Source: Eledone cirrhosa (Eukaryota). Taken from it: a DNA stretch of 64,000 nucleotides. The first letter of the stretch is position 1. The number at the start of each line of letters is the position of its first letter. Both the position numbers and the translations under genes were made by a program. Of the stretch, positions 38,540 through 53,608 are shown one piece after another. The notes under the pieces are model-generated. The model saw only the letters and a list, made by a program, of their open reading frames with translations. It ran no database searches and had not been told where the DNA came from. The stretch is taken from the NCBI GenBank assembly GCA_964016885.1, contig OZ024740.1, positions 408,766,001 through 408,830,000 of the forward strand, given 5' to 3'.

Positions 38540-40933
38540 AACCAAAATGTTGTGACATTGCCCTAATTTCAGATTTGTCCACACTCCCACCAAAGATAAG
38601 AGCATACAACAAACAACAAAAGTAGCTATTTAAACACACTTACCATTCTTCTTTAAAAAAACAAAATTCTTCATACAGCCATGTTTTAAAGTTATTTGCT
38701 AATTTTCTAAATATTTCTGTTAACATTGTTGAGCTTAACCTCGTGTGACTGATGTGTGTATATTTGATGACAATTATTCTCTTGAGATTTTCTCTGTGAG
38801 TGTTATGAAAATATTTAGAATTGTAACAAGACTTAGTGTTGGTTGACAGCTGATCTGGAATGTTGTTAAAACGGTCTAAACATTCACTCAGCAACATTTT
38901 TTTTTTTAATATTCCTGTATATACATACTCTATCTGCAGACATTTATACACAAGAATATGTATGAATACATTAAATTTAGACATTTAAAATAAAAGAGTA
39001 GATGGATCTTCCAGCAATTTGGATATCAACAATGAGTTTTCAGTTGCTTGATCAACCGAATCATCTGTTCATTAAATTATAGTGCACGTGATTGTGTATT
39101 CCACAGATACTTGTATTCTTAATTCATTTTCCCCTTGTGGTTGTACATTATTACTTCCCTTAGTATTTGACACTACCCTCCCCCTAGCCAAATAGTGAGA
39201 ATCGATAATTTTTTATCGTGACCATACCAAAATTGCTCTAAGTTAATAAATTATTAATTTAAAAGCCTGACATTTTCACTGAAGGTTCTAAAGGATATTG
39301 CAAAAAATGTCTATATTTACAGATTATTAAATGAAATAAACAATTTAATATAATAAAATGGAAGCAAACCAAAAAAAAAAAAAAATTTTTTTTGTCAGTA
39401 TCCCTTCAAGGGAAACGTTCCAGGTGATTGAAACAATTAATACAGAGATTTACCTTGCATTGCTCACAGTTTTTGGTTCCCTTCTAATATTTTGTTTGGA
39501 ACACTGCTTGCAAGTTCTCTTTTCCCCTAAGTTTACAAGCCAGTGCATGGCACCCTGAACTTGGGGAATTTCTTTCAGGGGCATTTTCCTTTTATAGAAA
39601 TAGTCCCCAAGAAGTTGATGGGCCAGGTACATTTTTTTCCTTGCCTTTTCTAGACAGTAGTTTATGACATATAGCCACACCAACAAAATAAAACCAATAC
39701 TTCCACCATTTATTCAGCTTTCTTGTTGACCAACAATTACAAACAGTTCTGCAGATCTCTTCTGTCAGTTTTGAACATTAACCTTGATGTTTTCACTAAA
39801 CCCTATTTAAGACCTCAGAACTTTATGACAGTTGCTACCTGTTCCAAGCAGGCACATATATACATTTACATTCATCTCTCATTTGTCATGTCTCCACATT
39901 TAGGCATCATCTTCATTGTTTAACGACGATGGATTAGACGAGTTATCCTGTTGTGAGCAATGCCAGGTAAGTTATGATCAAGCAGGCGTATGACCAAAAG
40001 CATTTCAGCCACAACCATCTTGTGTTTTTGTATATCAGGAACTACATTATTCAACATATCTCCTTTTAAAATGGTAGGCTGTGATTTGAGGAAGATTTGG
40101 TTGTTATATTTATCATTTCAAATGATTGCATACAAGTTTCCTTGTTAGCTTATTGGAAACTGGTTGGTTCCCTGGGGTAAAACTTAGTCTTTTATATGAT
40201 TGTTTTCTTTGTTTTATTTGCTGATGGTTTTCAATCTCTTCATTTTTATCAGCAACATTTGTTCGGGCAGATGCGCTAAATCTTTTTCTCTATTTATCTG
40301 TTAATTTTTTGTCAGTATTTTAGTCTCAAAGATTTCTTGAATCTTTTGAGGATGTGGACAATCAGAGTTGCTGATGATACACATAGTATATATATTGTTA
40401 ATACTGCTAGTGGTTTTTGAGGTTTCTAGGTACTCATCAAAGAATATTGGGTAAAATATGAAAATTCGAAGAAAATGTTGATGGTTTGTTAATGTTGACA
40501 GTTAGTCAATAGGAGGGTTTGATAGAGCAAGACCCACAATGTTAGATATTACACTTGTTACAGCAATGGAACTTATCAAACTCTCCTAATAGAGTGAATT
40601 AGGAGATTAGTTATTCTATTTCCAAAGTTTGGAAAGAAGCATTGAACCCAATTCTGTATGTTACTGATGTTAAAAGTATCGATGTACTTTTATTGGATGC
40701 AATGTCTGTATGTGTCTAATGCAAGAATAACCATTTTACAGTGTCCTTGATGTAGTTTATAATCTGTTGGATCCACAGACTCTGAGCCAACATGATTACA
40801 GATCAATTTGCCTGTCCTCTTTTAGTTTTGTTGTATTCAGTTATGTTTATTCTCTCATGTTTTGCATGTATAAATGCATCATTTAAGTTTATCATAAAAT
40901 ATCTTAACCATATATATATATATACATATATAT

Positions 40934-41505
40934 ATCATCATCATCATCATCATCATCTTCATCATCATCTTCATTTAACGTCCATCTTCCACGCTAGCAT
41001 GGGTTAGATGGGAGTTGTCCCACTTGAGGCAAGGTTGGTCGGGTGGCCGTGTCTCGCTCATATAGGACTATCTGGCAGGTTTTCTACGGCTGGATGCCCT
41101 TCCTAACACCAACCACATTTACAGTGTGGAACAGGGAACTTTTTACCGTGTTACCTACACGGCCACATTACAGCGTGGACTGTGTGTTTTTTGTCGTGAC
41201 ACCTACACGATCTCGATCTCATTATCTCATTTATTTGGACTGGATGTTGTGGTACCAACTTTACAGAGAGAGGGTGGTGTTGGTGGGAGTGGGAGGATAG
41301 AGTAGTGGAATGGGGTGTATATTTGGTTAAGAGGTGCCTACTGACTAGGTTTCGCTTTGTACATAGGCAAGGCGGGTCTTCTGTATTACTGCGTAGCGCC
41401 AAAGATCTCGGTCCAGTGACATTGTCTTAGAGAGGTGTAAGTGTGTAAGGTCGGAATTTATCAGATCGTCCCAGGTTTTTCTGGGTCTACCTACTCCGTA
41501 ACTTC
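40934..41505 (-). mobile_element. RTE LINE, A-related variant, 5'-truncated
   Basis: (CAT)n tail next to (TA)n; the UTR and ORF end are homologous to subfamily A. Confidence 0.85.
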
Positions 41506-41735
41506 CACCAATTTGATCTATCAAAGCGCTGGGAAATTTGAAATTCTTTTAGAAAATCTAGGAATCCCAAGTGCAGAAATTAACTGTGACAACAGTCAAT
41601 TGCTATAAATAAGGGTTTAGAAGAATTGGGTAAAATACCCCTATGGATGGAAAAAAAGTGGCCAGCAGCTGCTACAGAAAATTGAACTCTGTATATCTGA
41701 AATTCTGGCCAGGTGGTCCATATGGATATGTATAT

Positions 41736-41991
41736 GGAGGCACATGGCTTAGTGGTTAGAGCATTGGCCTTGCAATCGAAAGGTTGTGAGTTCAATTCTC
41801 AGACCGAGCGATGTGTTGTTTCCTTGAGCAAGACACTTTATTTCACATTGCTCCAGTTTACTCAGCTGTAGAAATGAGATGATAGGGACTGAGGTCCCTA
41901 TCATTCCACTGTAGAAATCAAGTCAGAATCAGTTCCCGTCCCACCCTTGCAAGCAGGGAAAAGCGGACGTAAAATGATGATGATGATGATG
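41736..41991 (+). mobile_element. tRNA-derived CORE-type SINE (family 1), internally deleted
   Basis: Same head and tail as 59784-60128, lacking about 80 bp of the RTE-like body. Confidence 0.85.
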
Positions 41992-42181
41992 TACACACAT
42001 ACACATATGCTAACATATATATATTAAAGAGGTAAAATCTCAACGTAAGTCTAGTCATTTCAATTTGAGCTCCATATTTGTATTAATAGGGAACAGTTTT
42101 TCTTTCAAATGTGCTATATTAAAAAGACAAGTGAGCTCAATTTTGATGTTTTTTTAAAGAATTTTTCATATCTCCTTATCA

Positions 42182-42183
<2 letters not shown>

Positions 42184-42257
<74 letters not shown>
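42184..42257. repeat. (GT)n microsatellite
   Basis: Directly visible. Confidence 0.98.
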
Positions 42258-42264
<7 letters not shown>

Positions 42265-42302
42265 ATATATGTATTGTGTTTATACACATACATACAAATG
42301 TG

Positions 42303-42332
<30 letters not shown>

Positions 42333-42333
<1 letters not shown>

Positions 42334-42513
42334 CTAACCCATGCTAGCGTGGAAGAACGGACGTAAAACGGTGATGATGATGATATATATATATATATAA
42401 ATATATGTAACTATGTATATCAGCCGTACTAAGAGAAATGATATTTTTTCCAATTAAACCTATGCAAGCGTGGAAGATGGACGTTAAACGATGATGATGA
42501 TGATGATGATGAT
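42333..42513 (+). mobile_element. Two ~50-bp RTE 3'-terminal stubs (42333-42383, 42456-42513) in TA-rich sequence
   Basis: AACCCATGCTAGCGTGGAAGAACGGACGTAAAACGGTGATGAT is the subfamily B terminus; the second stub is A-like. Confidence 0.75.
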
Positions 42514-42584
42514 ATATATATAAAGCAATGCACATATGAGATATCTATACATTTTCATACCAATGCAGGTGTTGAGAAATTCAA

Positions 42585-44489
42585 ATCATCATCATCATCA
42601 TCATCGTTTAACGTCCGTGTTCCATGCTTGCATGGGTTTGGACGGGAGTTTTCCTACTTGAGGCAAGAGTGGTTGTCTTGCTCGCATAGGACTGTCTGGC
42701 GGGTTTTCTACAGTTGGATGCCCTTCCTAACACCAACCACATTTACAGTGTGGGACTGGGACGTTTTTACCATGTTGCCTACACGGCCACATTACAGCGT
42801 GGACTGTCTGGCAGGTTTTCTACAGCTGGATGCCCTTCCTAACACCAACCACATTTACAGTGTGGGACTGGGACGTTTTTACCGTGTTGCCTACACGGTC
42901 ACATTACAGCGTGGACTGTTTGTTTTTTTGTCGTGACACCTACACGATCTCATTTGTTTCGGCCTGGATTTTGTGGCACCAACATAACTTTACATTGAAA
43001 GGGGCGGTGTGGATGGGGTGGGGGTGGTGGGACGGGGGTGTATTTTGTTAGAGATGCCTACTGACTGTAGTAGGTTTTACTTTGTATTTAGGTAAGGCGG
43101 GTCTTCTCTATTACTGAGTACCGCCAAAGGTCTCGGTCCAGTGACATTGTCTTGGAGAGGTGTAAGTGTGTGAGGTCGGAATTTATCAGCTCGTCCCAGG
43201 TTTTTCTGGGTCTGCCTACTCCGTAGCTACCGTCTATCTTTATTGCCCTGCACTTTGTTATACAGCTGTCGTCTTTCATGCGCATCACGTGACCATACCA
43301 ACGTAGCCTTCTCTCGAGTAAACAACATCTGATCCCTCTTATTTCTAATTTTTTCCTTAGTTCGTTTATGCTTTGCCGTTCGCGTATATTACTATTACAC
43401 ATCCAGCGGAGCATGCAAGCTTTGTTCCTCTCTAGTCTGCGTATATCCTCTGCACACAATGCCCAGGTCTCACTGCCATGCAACATTGCTGTTCGTATGC
43501 AGGCATCATACAACCTGCCTTTCACTTTTAGGGAGAACCCTTTAGCGGCTAATAGTGGTATAAAGCTCTCTGAACTTTTTCCATCCAGTTCTGACTCTAG
43601 CTACTGTACTTTCGGAGCACCCTCCCCCACTGCTGATTTTGTCACCCAGGTAACGGAAGCTGTCCACTATTTCTATAGAACCCTCTGCGCAGTTGAAAGA
43701 GCTAGTATTTTGTGGGCACTTGCTGCTACTTATTGCACCAGAGCACCGGCCACATGTAAAATCTGTGTTCTTAGTTAGCTTACCTGTGATCCCACTACAT
43801 CTTTTAGGCACCCATACTTTGCATTTGGGACATAAAATGGAGTTTCTACCTACGCCTTTCCTACACACTGAGCACTGCCATTTCCCGGAAGGGACCGGCG
43901 CCTTATTTTCTTTCCTACAAACTAGAACTTTAGTCTTAGCCATGTTAATTTTAAGGCCTTTTGATTCTAGGCCGTGCTTCCATGTTTGGAATTTCTTCTC
44001 TAGCTCGGCCATTGATTCAGCTATGAGCGTTAGGTCATCTGCGTATAGGAGTTCCCATGGGCAGCCGGTCTTGAACTCCTCTGTTATAGCCTGAAGAGCA
44101 ATAATGAATAGTAGGGGGCTAAGAACAGAGCCCTGATGGACACCAACTTTTACGCTAAACTCTTCACTATATTCGTTGTTAATTCTAACCTTGCTCACTG
44201 TTTCTTTATACATGGCTTGTATAGCTCTCACAAGCCATTTGTCAACACCTAGTTTTCTAAGAGCCCACCAGATAATGGAACGGGGGACTCTGTCGAAGGC
44301 TTTCTCCAAGTCGACAAAGGCTAAGTATAGGGGTTAACTTTTAGCTAGGTACTTCTCCTGTAGTTGTCGTACAATGAAAAGAGCGTCTGTGGTACTTTTG
44401 CCTGACACAAACCCGAACTGCATTTCATCTAGATCGATTCTCTCTCTGATTAGTTGCACTATTACTTTTTCCGTGACCTTCATGACCTG
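42585..44489 (-). mobile_element. RTE LINE subfamily A, 5'-truncated within RT, one frameshift at ~43560
   Basis: ORFs 43542-44309 and 43088-43525 (QGSVLSP, YADD, PHD, YLG) match 60688-62730. Confidence 0.95.
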
Positions 44490-45366
44490 ATGCTAGCAAA
44501 TAGATTAGCTGTCTGTTATTGTTAGTGTAGATAGACTATGTATATACTTGTTTGTATGTATTGTGGGGAGGATATGAATGTAGAAATATTCAATTCTGAA
44601 TTAGATGGTTGTTTACATTTTGTTATCTGTATAATTTTATACTGGCTTCAAAAGAAAGAAATTAAAGCAAGAAACAAGTTGTTACTGACCAATTAGCATT
44701 CTTCCGGCTCTATTTAGATTGTAATTCCAAATTGTGATAGTTATCAAAATGTTTTTTTTTAATTCAGTATATTGAAATATGTAGGTACTGTTGCTGGTTT
44801 TGGAGTTCTCTATGCTGCTGTGTAGTTTTAGATTCTAGCTCACTGCATGGCAGCACCTTGGGGAAAAATGTCCTCTACTATAAGCTAAGGGCAAACAAAG
44901 CCGTTTGAGTTAAATTTGATAAATGGTAGTGCATGTGAAATTGAAGAATCGGTGCATCAAACAAAAATACTTAATGGTATTTAGTTCCACCATGACTACA
45001 CCCCTTTACTTGCAATTTTTCACTTTTCTTTTCTATATTTATGTGGTCAATAAAACATGTACCTATCATAATACTAGAGTCATTAACCATCAACTAATGC
45101 CTTTGAAGGTGGCTCCAGCATGGTCGTTGTCCAATGACTGAAATCTGTAAAAGAATCTATTTGAATATATAGCAGAAAGACACCAACTTGACTGTTGTTT
45201 TCAAGTAGATAGCACCTCTGAGTGACTGGTCTCAGTCTGTTTGACATCTTCTTGTGTACACTAATGTACATCAGTACAGTGATTGTCCTGTCAGAAACTT
45301 TCACAAATACAAAAAATTCTTTATTTTGTTCAGGAAGTCTAAAATATGTCCAGAAACAGATAAAAA

Positions 45367-45555
45367 TAATTGTTTCTACTTTAGGCACAAGGCCAGCAAT
45401 TACCCAGTGCATTACTGGTACTTTATTTTATCGACCCCGTTAGGATGAAAGGCAAAGTCAACCTCGGCGGGATTTGAACTCAGACCGTAAAGGGACGTAA
45501 CTATGCTGGAAAGCATGGTGTCTGACCCTCTACTGATACTGCCAATCCACCGCTG
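45367..45555 (-). mobile_element. Family-2 tRNA SINE, full length
   Basis: Reverse complement begins GCGGTGGATTGGCAGTATC, has B box GAGTTCAAATCCC and the central TTTGCCTTTCATCCT domain. Confidence 0.8.
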
Positions 45556-45813
45556 TTGAATCAGATGAAAATAATATTAGTCAATGAGCTAATATTTTTT
45601 TCTCTCCATCATATTAGCATTATGAAGTAATTACATACATTTCTCTTCACAACATAAAGTATGATGGTACTAAGCATGTAATCCTGCTTATGGTGAAATA
45701 AACAGTTTTTATCATAGGGGTGGCTTCAAGCAGTGTTTGGTATGAAAAGGTTTAACATGGATGTTTCACCCTTTTTCTTTGCATATGCAGTTTTTAATAC
45801 TGTATGAATATAA

Positions 45814-45997
45814 TAATTGTTTCTTCTTTTGGCACAAGGCCAGCAATTAACCAGTACATTACTGGTACTTTATTGACCCCGTAAGGATGAAAGGCAAAGT
45901 TAACTTCGGCGGGATTTGAACTCAGTCCATAAAGGGACATAACTGTGCTGCAAAGCATGGTGTCTGACCCTCTACCGATACTGACAATCCACCACCC
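45814..45997 (-). mobile_element. Family-2 tRNA SINE, full length
   Basis: Homologous to 45367-45555. Confidence 0.8.
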
Positions 45998-46059
45998 TTG
46001 GGTATGATTTAGTGTATTGAGGTTTGGATATTAATAATACATTTTCCAGAAACTTTCAT

Positions 46060-46822
46060 TTTACCAAGGAAATTCTTGTTTACTGATGAAATTGACTTTC
46101 AACCTAGTGACACTTTAAATTCTTGGAAATATGTCAGTCAATTAACAAGTCATCTGTGGGGAAAATATCCACCTGTCAGCACATCAAAGTTGACACAATG
46201 AATCAAAACGTGTAGCTTTTCCAGGAAAATGGCGTGTTAGTTATCATTATTCAATGTCATAAGATGCTGACTGGAAATGCAAACATTTACCTCAGGTTTT
46301 TTTTCTTCTGGAAATAAAGGCATTATATAATTAGCATTTTAGTTGACTCAGAATCCTTGGTTCACCCTTTCATTACCATGTTTCTAATAAAAGACTGCCT
46401 ATAGTTTTGAAAATAATGAAGAACTTTTCAGCAAGATGGAACTACACATGATCAATCTAACAAAAGCTATTTTACAAGACACTTTTGATGTGTCACCAGA
46501 AAGGACATGACTTTGAATGGCCATTGAAGTGTAAAATTAACATTCTGTGACTTTTCATTTTGACGATATTTGAAGGCCAACGTGTCTTCATCACAAAACC
46601 TGTAAGAGTTGAAGTAATGCATTATCCATGCATTTATTGCGAGCTGACCTAGTTACAATGGATTCTTTTGTTGCACAGGTAATATGCTGCATGTGATTTA
46701 ATGAATGGGGTTATTCATTGTAAAACAATCACCTGAATTTCTTTATCTTCTTGGTTTGATTATTTGTTTTTCTTTTGACATAGATTGCTTTTGGGAAAGA
46801 CAAGTTACTTTGAACACCTTGT
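46060..46822 (+). pseudogene. Decayed Tc1/mariner-superfamily transposase with a possible 3' TIR
   Basis: Remnant motifs in the expected order: 'KFLFTDE' (~46070), 'FQQDG' (~46427), 'WP...CDF..GYLK'-like (~46518-46575). TTTGAACACCTTGTG at ~46808 resembles a CAGGGTG-type TIR. Confidence 0.55.
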
Positions 46823-47152
46823 GAATGAAATGTGTGCAAGAACATTTCAGATTTATTTATCCAGGGTAGTCCAGGTTGGCTATTTATCAAAATTTAAATA
46901 TTTGCTTACATGCTGGAACGTGAGACCGTACATAAGGGAGACACACATTCCTGGCTTGTCTGGGAGATCAGTAGCTCTGCTTCTCTACTAATTTGGTCTA
47001 TATAGACCCATCCAACTCTTGCTAGCAGGGAAAGAGGATGTTAAAATGACGCTGATGATGATGATGATGTTGTTCAACCAAACATTTTTCTTTACATTGA
47101 TCACTCTATCCACTGCTAACTACTCAACTAAGGATTGAGAATGGTACTTAGC

Positions 47153-47355
47153 TGAACCCTTTAGCATTTAAACCGGCCAAAGTTGTCTCACTTCTTTCTG
47201 TTCAAACCGGCTGTAACTGGACATTCATACTTATGTTAAGGTATTGTTTTCAAAATAAATATCAAAATCTCATAGATTCGATATTATGTGAGATAAAGTC
47301 TTTACTGCAAAAATACATTAGTATATGTAGAGTAATATAAATGCTAATGGTTTAA
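47153..47355. mobile_element. TTAA-type MITE
   Basis: AACCCTTTAGCATTTA ... TAAATGCTAATGGTTTAA terminal inverted repeats. Confidence 0.7.
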
Positions 47356-48436
47356 AAATTAATATATACATTCATAGCTTAGTAAACAAAATAGAAAGTT
47401 ATTGCACTTATGCACTTTGTTTTTGTATTGCTGACTATAGTAGATTTTCTTCAATGGATGAATCAATAGCTAAGTGGTCTAGTCAGCACACCGTTTCAGT
47501 GAGTGTATGCATTTCAGGCTGTTTATTTATTTGTTTTAATTTACACTAAAAGACAAGAAAGAGACCAACCAAGAAAGAAGAAAAGAGAAAAACCTAAGAA
47601 ACCAGGCAAGATTGGTGCTAATTGTTTAGTTTTGGTTATAATCAAGTAGAAATTGTTTCTGTCACTCTAGTGTCTTCCGGCAAGACTGAGAAAGTACTGA
47701 GGGTTTTCTGTTTGTTTTTCTTTCATACTATTCATTTAACGATCTTAATTATTTAGCTTCTGGCTATTTTTAAACATGTCTTTTGTTTCTTTCTTTTTTA
47801 GCTCATACATTTACCCCCCTCTCCTTCATTTACAAATAGATCCCTGTCTTGGCCAGGTATTAATTAGAAAAGCAATTACCTTCATAAATTAACACATTTC
47901 ATCATTGAAACTCTTTTGTTACAAAACAAAACAAAAATAAATTACTAAACAAAATATATTTTTAAAAAACAATGAAGAAAATAACAAAACATGAAGTAAA
48001 CCTTTGCTTCTAAGCATTTATTTTAAGCTTCTATTTTCTGTTTGTCTCTGAAGCTATTTTCATATCCATTCAGTTGGTTCCCCTCATCTTAAAAAAAGTA
48101 AAAATACTAATGCAGAACAAACCCCTCTCTCTGTCATTACAGTCTGTCCACTTTATTACATACTAGTTGTAAAATAAAAAAAAAAGAACAAAAAACAACA
48201 CAAAAAAGTAGACATTTCAGTTTTTGTTGAAATCATAGAGGGCAATCATATTTTATAACTATCACCATTACTGCCATTATCGCCACCATCAATATTGCCA
48301 CCACTGTAAATATTGCCAACTTCTTTTCTACATATGTATTGGCTTTTACAACTGCACACATTACATTTTTTCTGCTCTGATGTATTCATTATTGGTTTTT
48401 CTGTGAGTTTAAGCTCATATTTAGAAAAATGCTGTC

Positions 48437-48467
<31 letters not shown>

Positions 48468-48469
<2 letters not shown>

Positions 48470-48799
48470 CATCATCATCATCATTTACGTCCGCTTTTCC
48501 CTGCTTGCAAGGGTGGGACAGGAACTGATTCTGGCTTGATTTCTACAGCTGGATGCCCTTCCTAACACCAACCTCATTTACAATGAGTGCTGGGTGCTTT
48601 ATTACCGTGGCACCTCTACGACCACTTTTGCAGTGGAATGATATGGACCCCAGTCCCTATCATCTCATTTCTACAGCTGAGTAAACTGGAGCAATGTGAA
48701 ATAAAGTGTCTTGCTCAAGGAAACAAGACATTACCCGGTCTGAGAATTGAACTCACAACCTTACGATTGCAAGGCCAATGTTCTAACCACTAAGCCATG

Positions 48800-48805
<6 letters not shown>
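48468..48805 (-). mobile_element. tRNA-derived CORE-type SINE (family 1), full length
   Basis: Reverse complement of 59784-60128; flanked by (TA)n and (CT)n. Confidence 0.88.
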
Positions 48806-48840
<35 letters not shown>

Positions 48841-48939
48841 ATATATATATATCTCTATATATATATATATATATATATCTATCTATATATAGATATATAT
48901 AGATATATATATATATATATATATATATCTATATATATA

Positions 48940-49032
<93 letters not shown>

Positions 49033-49184
49033 CTATATCTATATATATATATATCTATATATATATATATATCTATATCTATATATATATATATATCTAT
49101 ATATCTATATCTATATATATATATATATCTATATATATATATATATATATCTATATCTATATATCTATATCTATATCTATATAT

Positions 49185-49234
<50 letters not shown>

Positions 49235-49271
49235 ATATCTATATATCTATATCTATATATCTATATATATA

Positions 49272-49330
<59 letters not shown>

Positions 49331-49341
49331 ATATATATATT
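48806..49341. repeat. Compound (CT)n/(TA)n/(TCTA) microsatellite
   Basis: Directly visible. Confidence 0.95.
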
Positions 49342-52300
49342 TCATCATCATCATCATCATCATCATCACCGTTTTACGTCCGTTCTTCCACGCTAGCATG
49401 GGTTAGACGGGTTGTCCTGTTGTGGGCAGTGTCTGGTCGGCTGACCATGCCTTGCTCATACAGGAACTGATCTGGCTTGATTTCTACAGCTGGATGCCCT
49501 TCCTAACACCAACCTCATTTACAGTGAGTGCTGGGTGCTTTTTCGTGGCGCCTACACGTCCACTTTACAGTGTGGGCTGGGTGCTTTTTTGCCGTGGCAC
49601 CTCCACGACCACCTTGCGGTGGGGGGGGGGGGGGGCATATTGTTTATATGCTTCAGCATGTACCCATGGGAGGTCGGGTACCCTGTATTACTGCGTGACG
49701 CCAGAAGTCACGGTCGTGTGTCATTGACTTTGAGAGGTGTAATTGGGTAAGGTCGGCTTTTATCACCTCATCCCAAGTCATCTTGGGTCTCCCCACTCCG
49801 CGGTTTCCATCAACTTCTAGTGCTCTGCACCTTTTTATGCAGCTGTCATCCTTCATACGCATCACATGTCCATACCAGCGTAACCGCCTCTCCTGCACGC
49901 AGCATTTGATTCCTCTTATGCTCAGTCTCTCTCTCAATTCATTTATGCTTTGTCGTTCACGTATATTACTGTTACACATCCATCGGAGCATGCAGGCTTC
50001 GTTTCTCTCTAATCTACGTAAGTCTTCCACCTTCAGCGCCCAGGTCTCACTACCATGCAACATCGCTGTTCGGATACACGCATCATACAGTCTGCCTTTC
50101 ATTCTGAGGGAGAAGCCTTTTGCAGCTAGCAGTGGTAGTAGTTCCCTAAACTTCTTCCATCCCGTTCTTACCCTAGTTATTGTACTTTCTGAGCACCCAC
50201 CTCCGTTGCTAATTCGGTCACCTAGGTAGCAGAAGCTGTCTACTGTTTCTACAGGGCCCTCCCAGAGATTGGTGGTACTTGTTTCCTGTGGCTGTTTGCT
50301 TGCTGTTTCAGCACAGCTGCTGCATGTGAATCCTACATTCTTAATTAAGCTTCCTGAGATCCCGCTACATCTCTTGTGTACCCATTGTTTGCATTTGGGG
50401 CAAAGAATGGAGTTCCTACCTACACCTTTCCTACATACTGAGCAAGGCCATTTCCCTGAGGGGATCTGGGTTCTGTTTTCTCGTCTACTTATAAGGACCT
50501 TAGTCTTTGTCATGTTGACTTTGAGGCCCTTTCTCTCTAGTCCCTGCTTCCAGGTTTGGAATTTATTCTCTAGTTCTACCATCGATTCAGCTATGAGTGC
50601 GAGGTCATCAGCATACAGGAGTTCCCATGGGCATCCGGTCTTAAACTCCTCCGTTATTGCCTGCAGGACTATGATGAACAGGAGAGGGCTAAGAACAGAG
50701 CCCTGGTGGACCCCAACCTGTACGCTAAATTCCTCGCTATACTCATTGCCAATCCTAACTTTGCTGACTGCTCCCCTATACATGGCTTGTACCGCTTTCA
50801 CAAGCCATTCATCTACTCCTAGTTTTCTAAGAGCCCACCAGATTACTGCACGTGGAACTCTGTCAAAGGCTTTCTCAAGGTCGACAAATGCCAAGTAGAG
50901 TGGCTTACTTTTAGCTAGGTACTTTTCCTGTAATTGCCTCACAAGGAAGAGCGCATCAATGGTGCCTTTCCCTGGTACAAACCCAAATTGCATCTCGTCT
51001 ATATTCACCCGGTCCCTAATCAGCTGTGCTATAACTCTTTCTGTTACTTTCATGACCTGGTCCATCAACTTTATACCTCTATAGTTTCCTCTATCTAGTG
51101 CATCGCCTTTACCTTTGTAGCAGTTGACAATGATGCTACTGCACCAATCTTTTGGTATGGCCCCCTCTAGTATTACCTGGTTAACGATACGTGTGGTTAT
51201 AGTGTGACCTACAGACCCAGATGCCTTCAGCATCTCGGCAGCTATACCCGATGGACCGGTTGCCTTCCCTATCTTCATATCTCTGATTGCCTTACTTACT
51301 ACGCTGCCGCTGACTTGTACTGCTGGTCCCTCTATAGGGTCTACGTGGGGTAGGGTCTCTTCTTCCCATGCATTCTCCTCATTTAGTAATCTATCATAAT
51401 GACTCTTCCATGCATCTTTCTTCTCAGCACTTGTGAGGGCAAGCTCACCTTTATCATTCCGGATACACTTCTCTCCAATGACATCACAACTATCTCTGAG
51501 ACACTGCCTCGCAATCTTGAATACCTCCTGTTTCTGGTCCTCACGTTGTAAAACATGCTTGAATTTTCTATCCTCTGCTTCCCTCCTAGCTAAGTATACT
51601 TGTCGCCTAGCTTCCCTCTTGGTCTCTATGTAATGTACCCTGCTCCCCCCGTTCTTCCATTCTTTCCATGCCTGTCTCTTGGCCTTGACTGCTTCATCTA
51701 CCTTATTGTTCCACCACCAAGTCACTCTCCTCCTGCTTGAGGTCTTACTCCAGCCACAAACCTCATCCGTCGCCTCTAGTAAGTTATTTTTTAGGAACTC
51801 CCAGTTCTCTTCTACGTTAAATGTCTCTATCTGTTCTTCTTTACTGTCGTAGGCGTTGAGTAAAATATCTTTAAATCTGTTACTGGTTGAGGGGACTTTC
51901 AGCTTCCAGATCTTTCTTCTCCAGATTGGCCTCTGTTTCAGGGCTCGTCTAGTTCTGACCGTGAGGTCGCTGACAACTAAGCTATGTTGGGATGTACATT
52001 CCTCACTAGGGAAGGCTTTTGTGTTTACGACCGTCCATCTGTCACGTCCTCTGATGAGGATAAAATCTAACTGACTAGAGTGCTCCCCTGATCTATAGGT
52101 GATCAGGTGGTTGTCGGGTTTTTTAAAGTTTGTGTTACATATCGACATGTCATTGGCGTCGCAGAATTCTAGAAGTCTGAATCCTTCCTCATTCCTTGTG
52201 CCAACTCCATGGCCTCCATGTACTCTATTGAAGCCGTCGCAGTGTTTACCTACGTGTCCGTTAAAATCTCCTGCAATGATTAGGAAGTCCTTGTCGTCTG

Positions 52301-52451
52301 TTAGAGCAGTAGTGTGTATTAGGGACTCGTAAAACCTATCCTTAAGTTCGTCTGGCAGCCCCGATTGGGGTGCGTAAGCTGATATTATTGTGGTAATTGT
52401 CTTATTCAGGACTAGTCTGAGTTTAATGATTCTAGTCTGAGTTTAATGATT
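49342..52451 (-). mobile_element. RTE LINE subfamily B, 3.1 kb, 5'-truncated within the APE domain
   Basis: Uninterrupted frame, 3'UTR, (CAT)n tail and (TA)n on both flanks. Confidence 0.96.
49653..52430 (-). CDS. RTE ORF: partial AP endonuclease, reverse transcriptase and inserted PHD finger. The frame is open upstream of the listed Met at 52148, up to the truncation point
   Basis: APE motifs [23 protein letters not shown]; RT motifs [34 protein letters not shown]; RTE C-terminus RLRWYGHV and GRP..TW. Confidence 0.92.
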   Translation of the reverse strand: MIKLRLVLNKTITTIISAYAPQSGLPDELKDRFYESLIHTTALTDDKDFLIIAGDFNGHVGKHCDGFNRVHGGHGVGTRNEEGFRLLEFCDANDMSICNTNFKKPDNHLITYRSGEHSSQLDFILIRGRDRWTVVNTKAFPSEECTSQHSLVVSDLTVRTRRALKQRPIWRRKIWKLKVPSTSNRFKDILLNAYDSKEEQIETFNVEENWEFLKNNLLEATDEVCGWSKTSSRRRVTWWWNNKVDEAVKAKRQAWKEWKNGGSRVHYIETKREARRQVYLARREAEDRKFKHVLQREDQKQEVFKIARQCLRDSCDVIGEKCIRNDKGELALTSAEKKDAWKSHYDRLLNEENAWEEETLPHVDPIEGPAVQVSGSVVSKAIRDMKIGKATGPSGIAAEMLKASGSVGHTITTRIVNQVILEGAIPKDWCSSIIVNCYKGKGDALDRGNYRGIKLMDQVMKVTERVIAQLIRDRVNIDEMQFGFVPGKGTIDALFLVRQLQEKYLAKSKPLYLAFVDLEKAFDRVPRAVIWWALRKLGVDEWLVKAVQAMYRGAVSKVRIGNEYSEEFSVQVGVHQGSVLSPLLFIIVLQAITEEFKTGCPWELLYADDLALIAESMVELENKFQTWKQGLERKGLKVNMTKTKVLISRRENRTQIPSGKWPCSVCRKGVGRNSILCPKCKQWVHKRCSGISGSLIKNVGFTCSSCAETASKQPQETSTTNLWEGPVETVDSFCYLGDRISNGGGCSESTITRVRTGWKKFRELLPLLAAKGFSLRMKGRLYDACIRTAMLHGSETWALKVEDLRRLERNEACMLRWMCNSNIRERQSINELRERLSIRGIKCCVQERRLRWYGHVMRMKDDSCIKRCRALEVDGNRGVGRPKMTWDEVIKADLTQLHLSKSMTHDRDFWRHAVIQGTRPPMGTC

Positions 52452-53392
<941 letters not shown>

Positions 53393-53393
<1 letters not shown>

Positions 53394-53527
53394 GGGAGGG
53401 TCATGTTGCCAATAAGAAACACACGCACCAGTTTCTTATTGGCAACATGACCCTCCCAAAGTATAACAATATCGGTTTCAACACACGATTTCAGATAAAG
53501 AATCTTGCTAAACAAATTCAGAAACGA
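53393..53527 (+). mobile_element. Miniature Penelope-like insertion: 28-bp perfect inverted repeat plus pLTR end
   Basis: 53431-53527 matches ~18305-18401, and 53393-53433 is the reverse complement of ~18292-18332. Confidence 0.85.
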
Positions 53528-53569
53528 TATATATATATCTATATATATATATATATATATCTATATATA

Positions 53570-53608
<39 letters not shown>

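Noticed and set aside
28400-40900. Host-gene exons in the long AT-rich stretches
   Set aside because: Short ORFs there are low-complexity with no recognisable domains. Small exons cannot be excluded without transcript data.
49783-52332. Plus-strand ORFs opposite the RTE, and equivalents opposite the other RTE copies and Tx1 ORF2
   Set aside because: Antisense shadows of real RT frames; they recur only because the elements recur.
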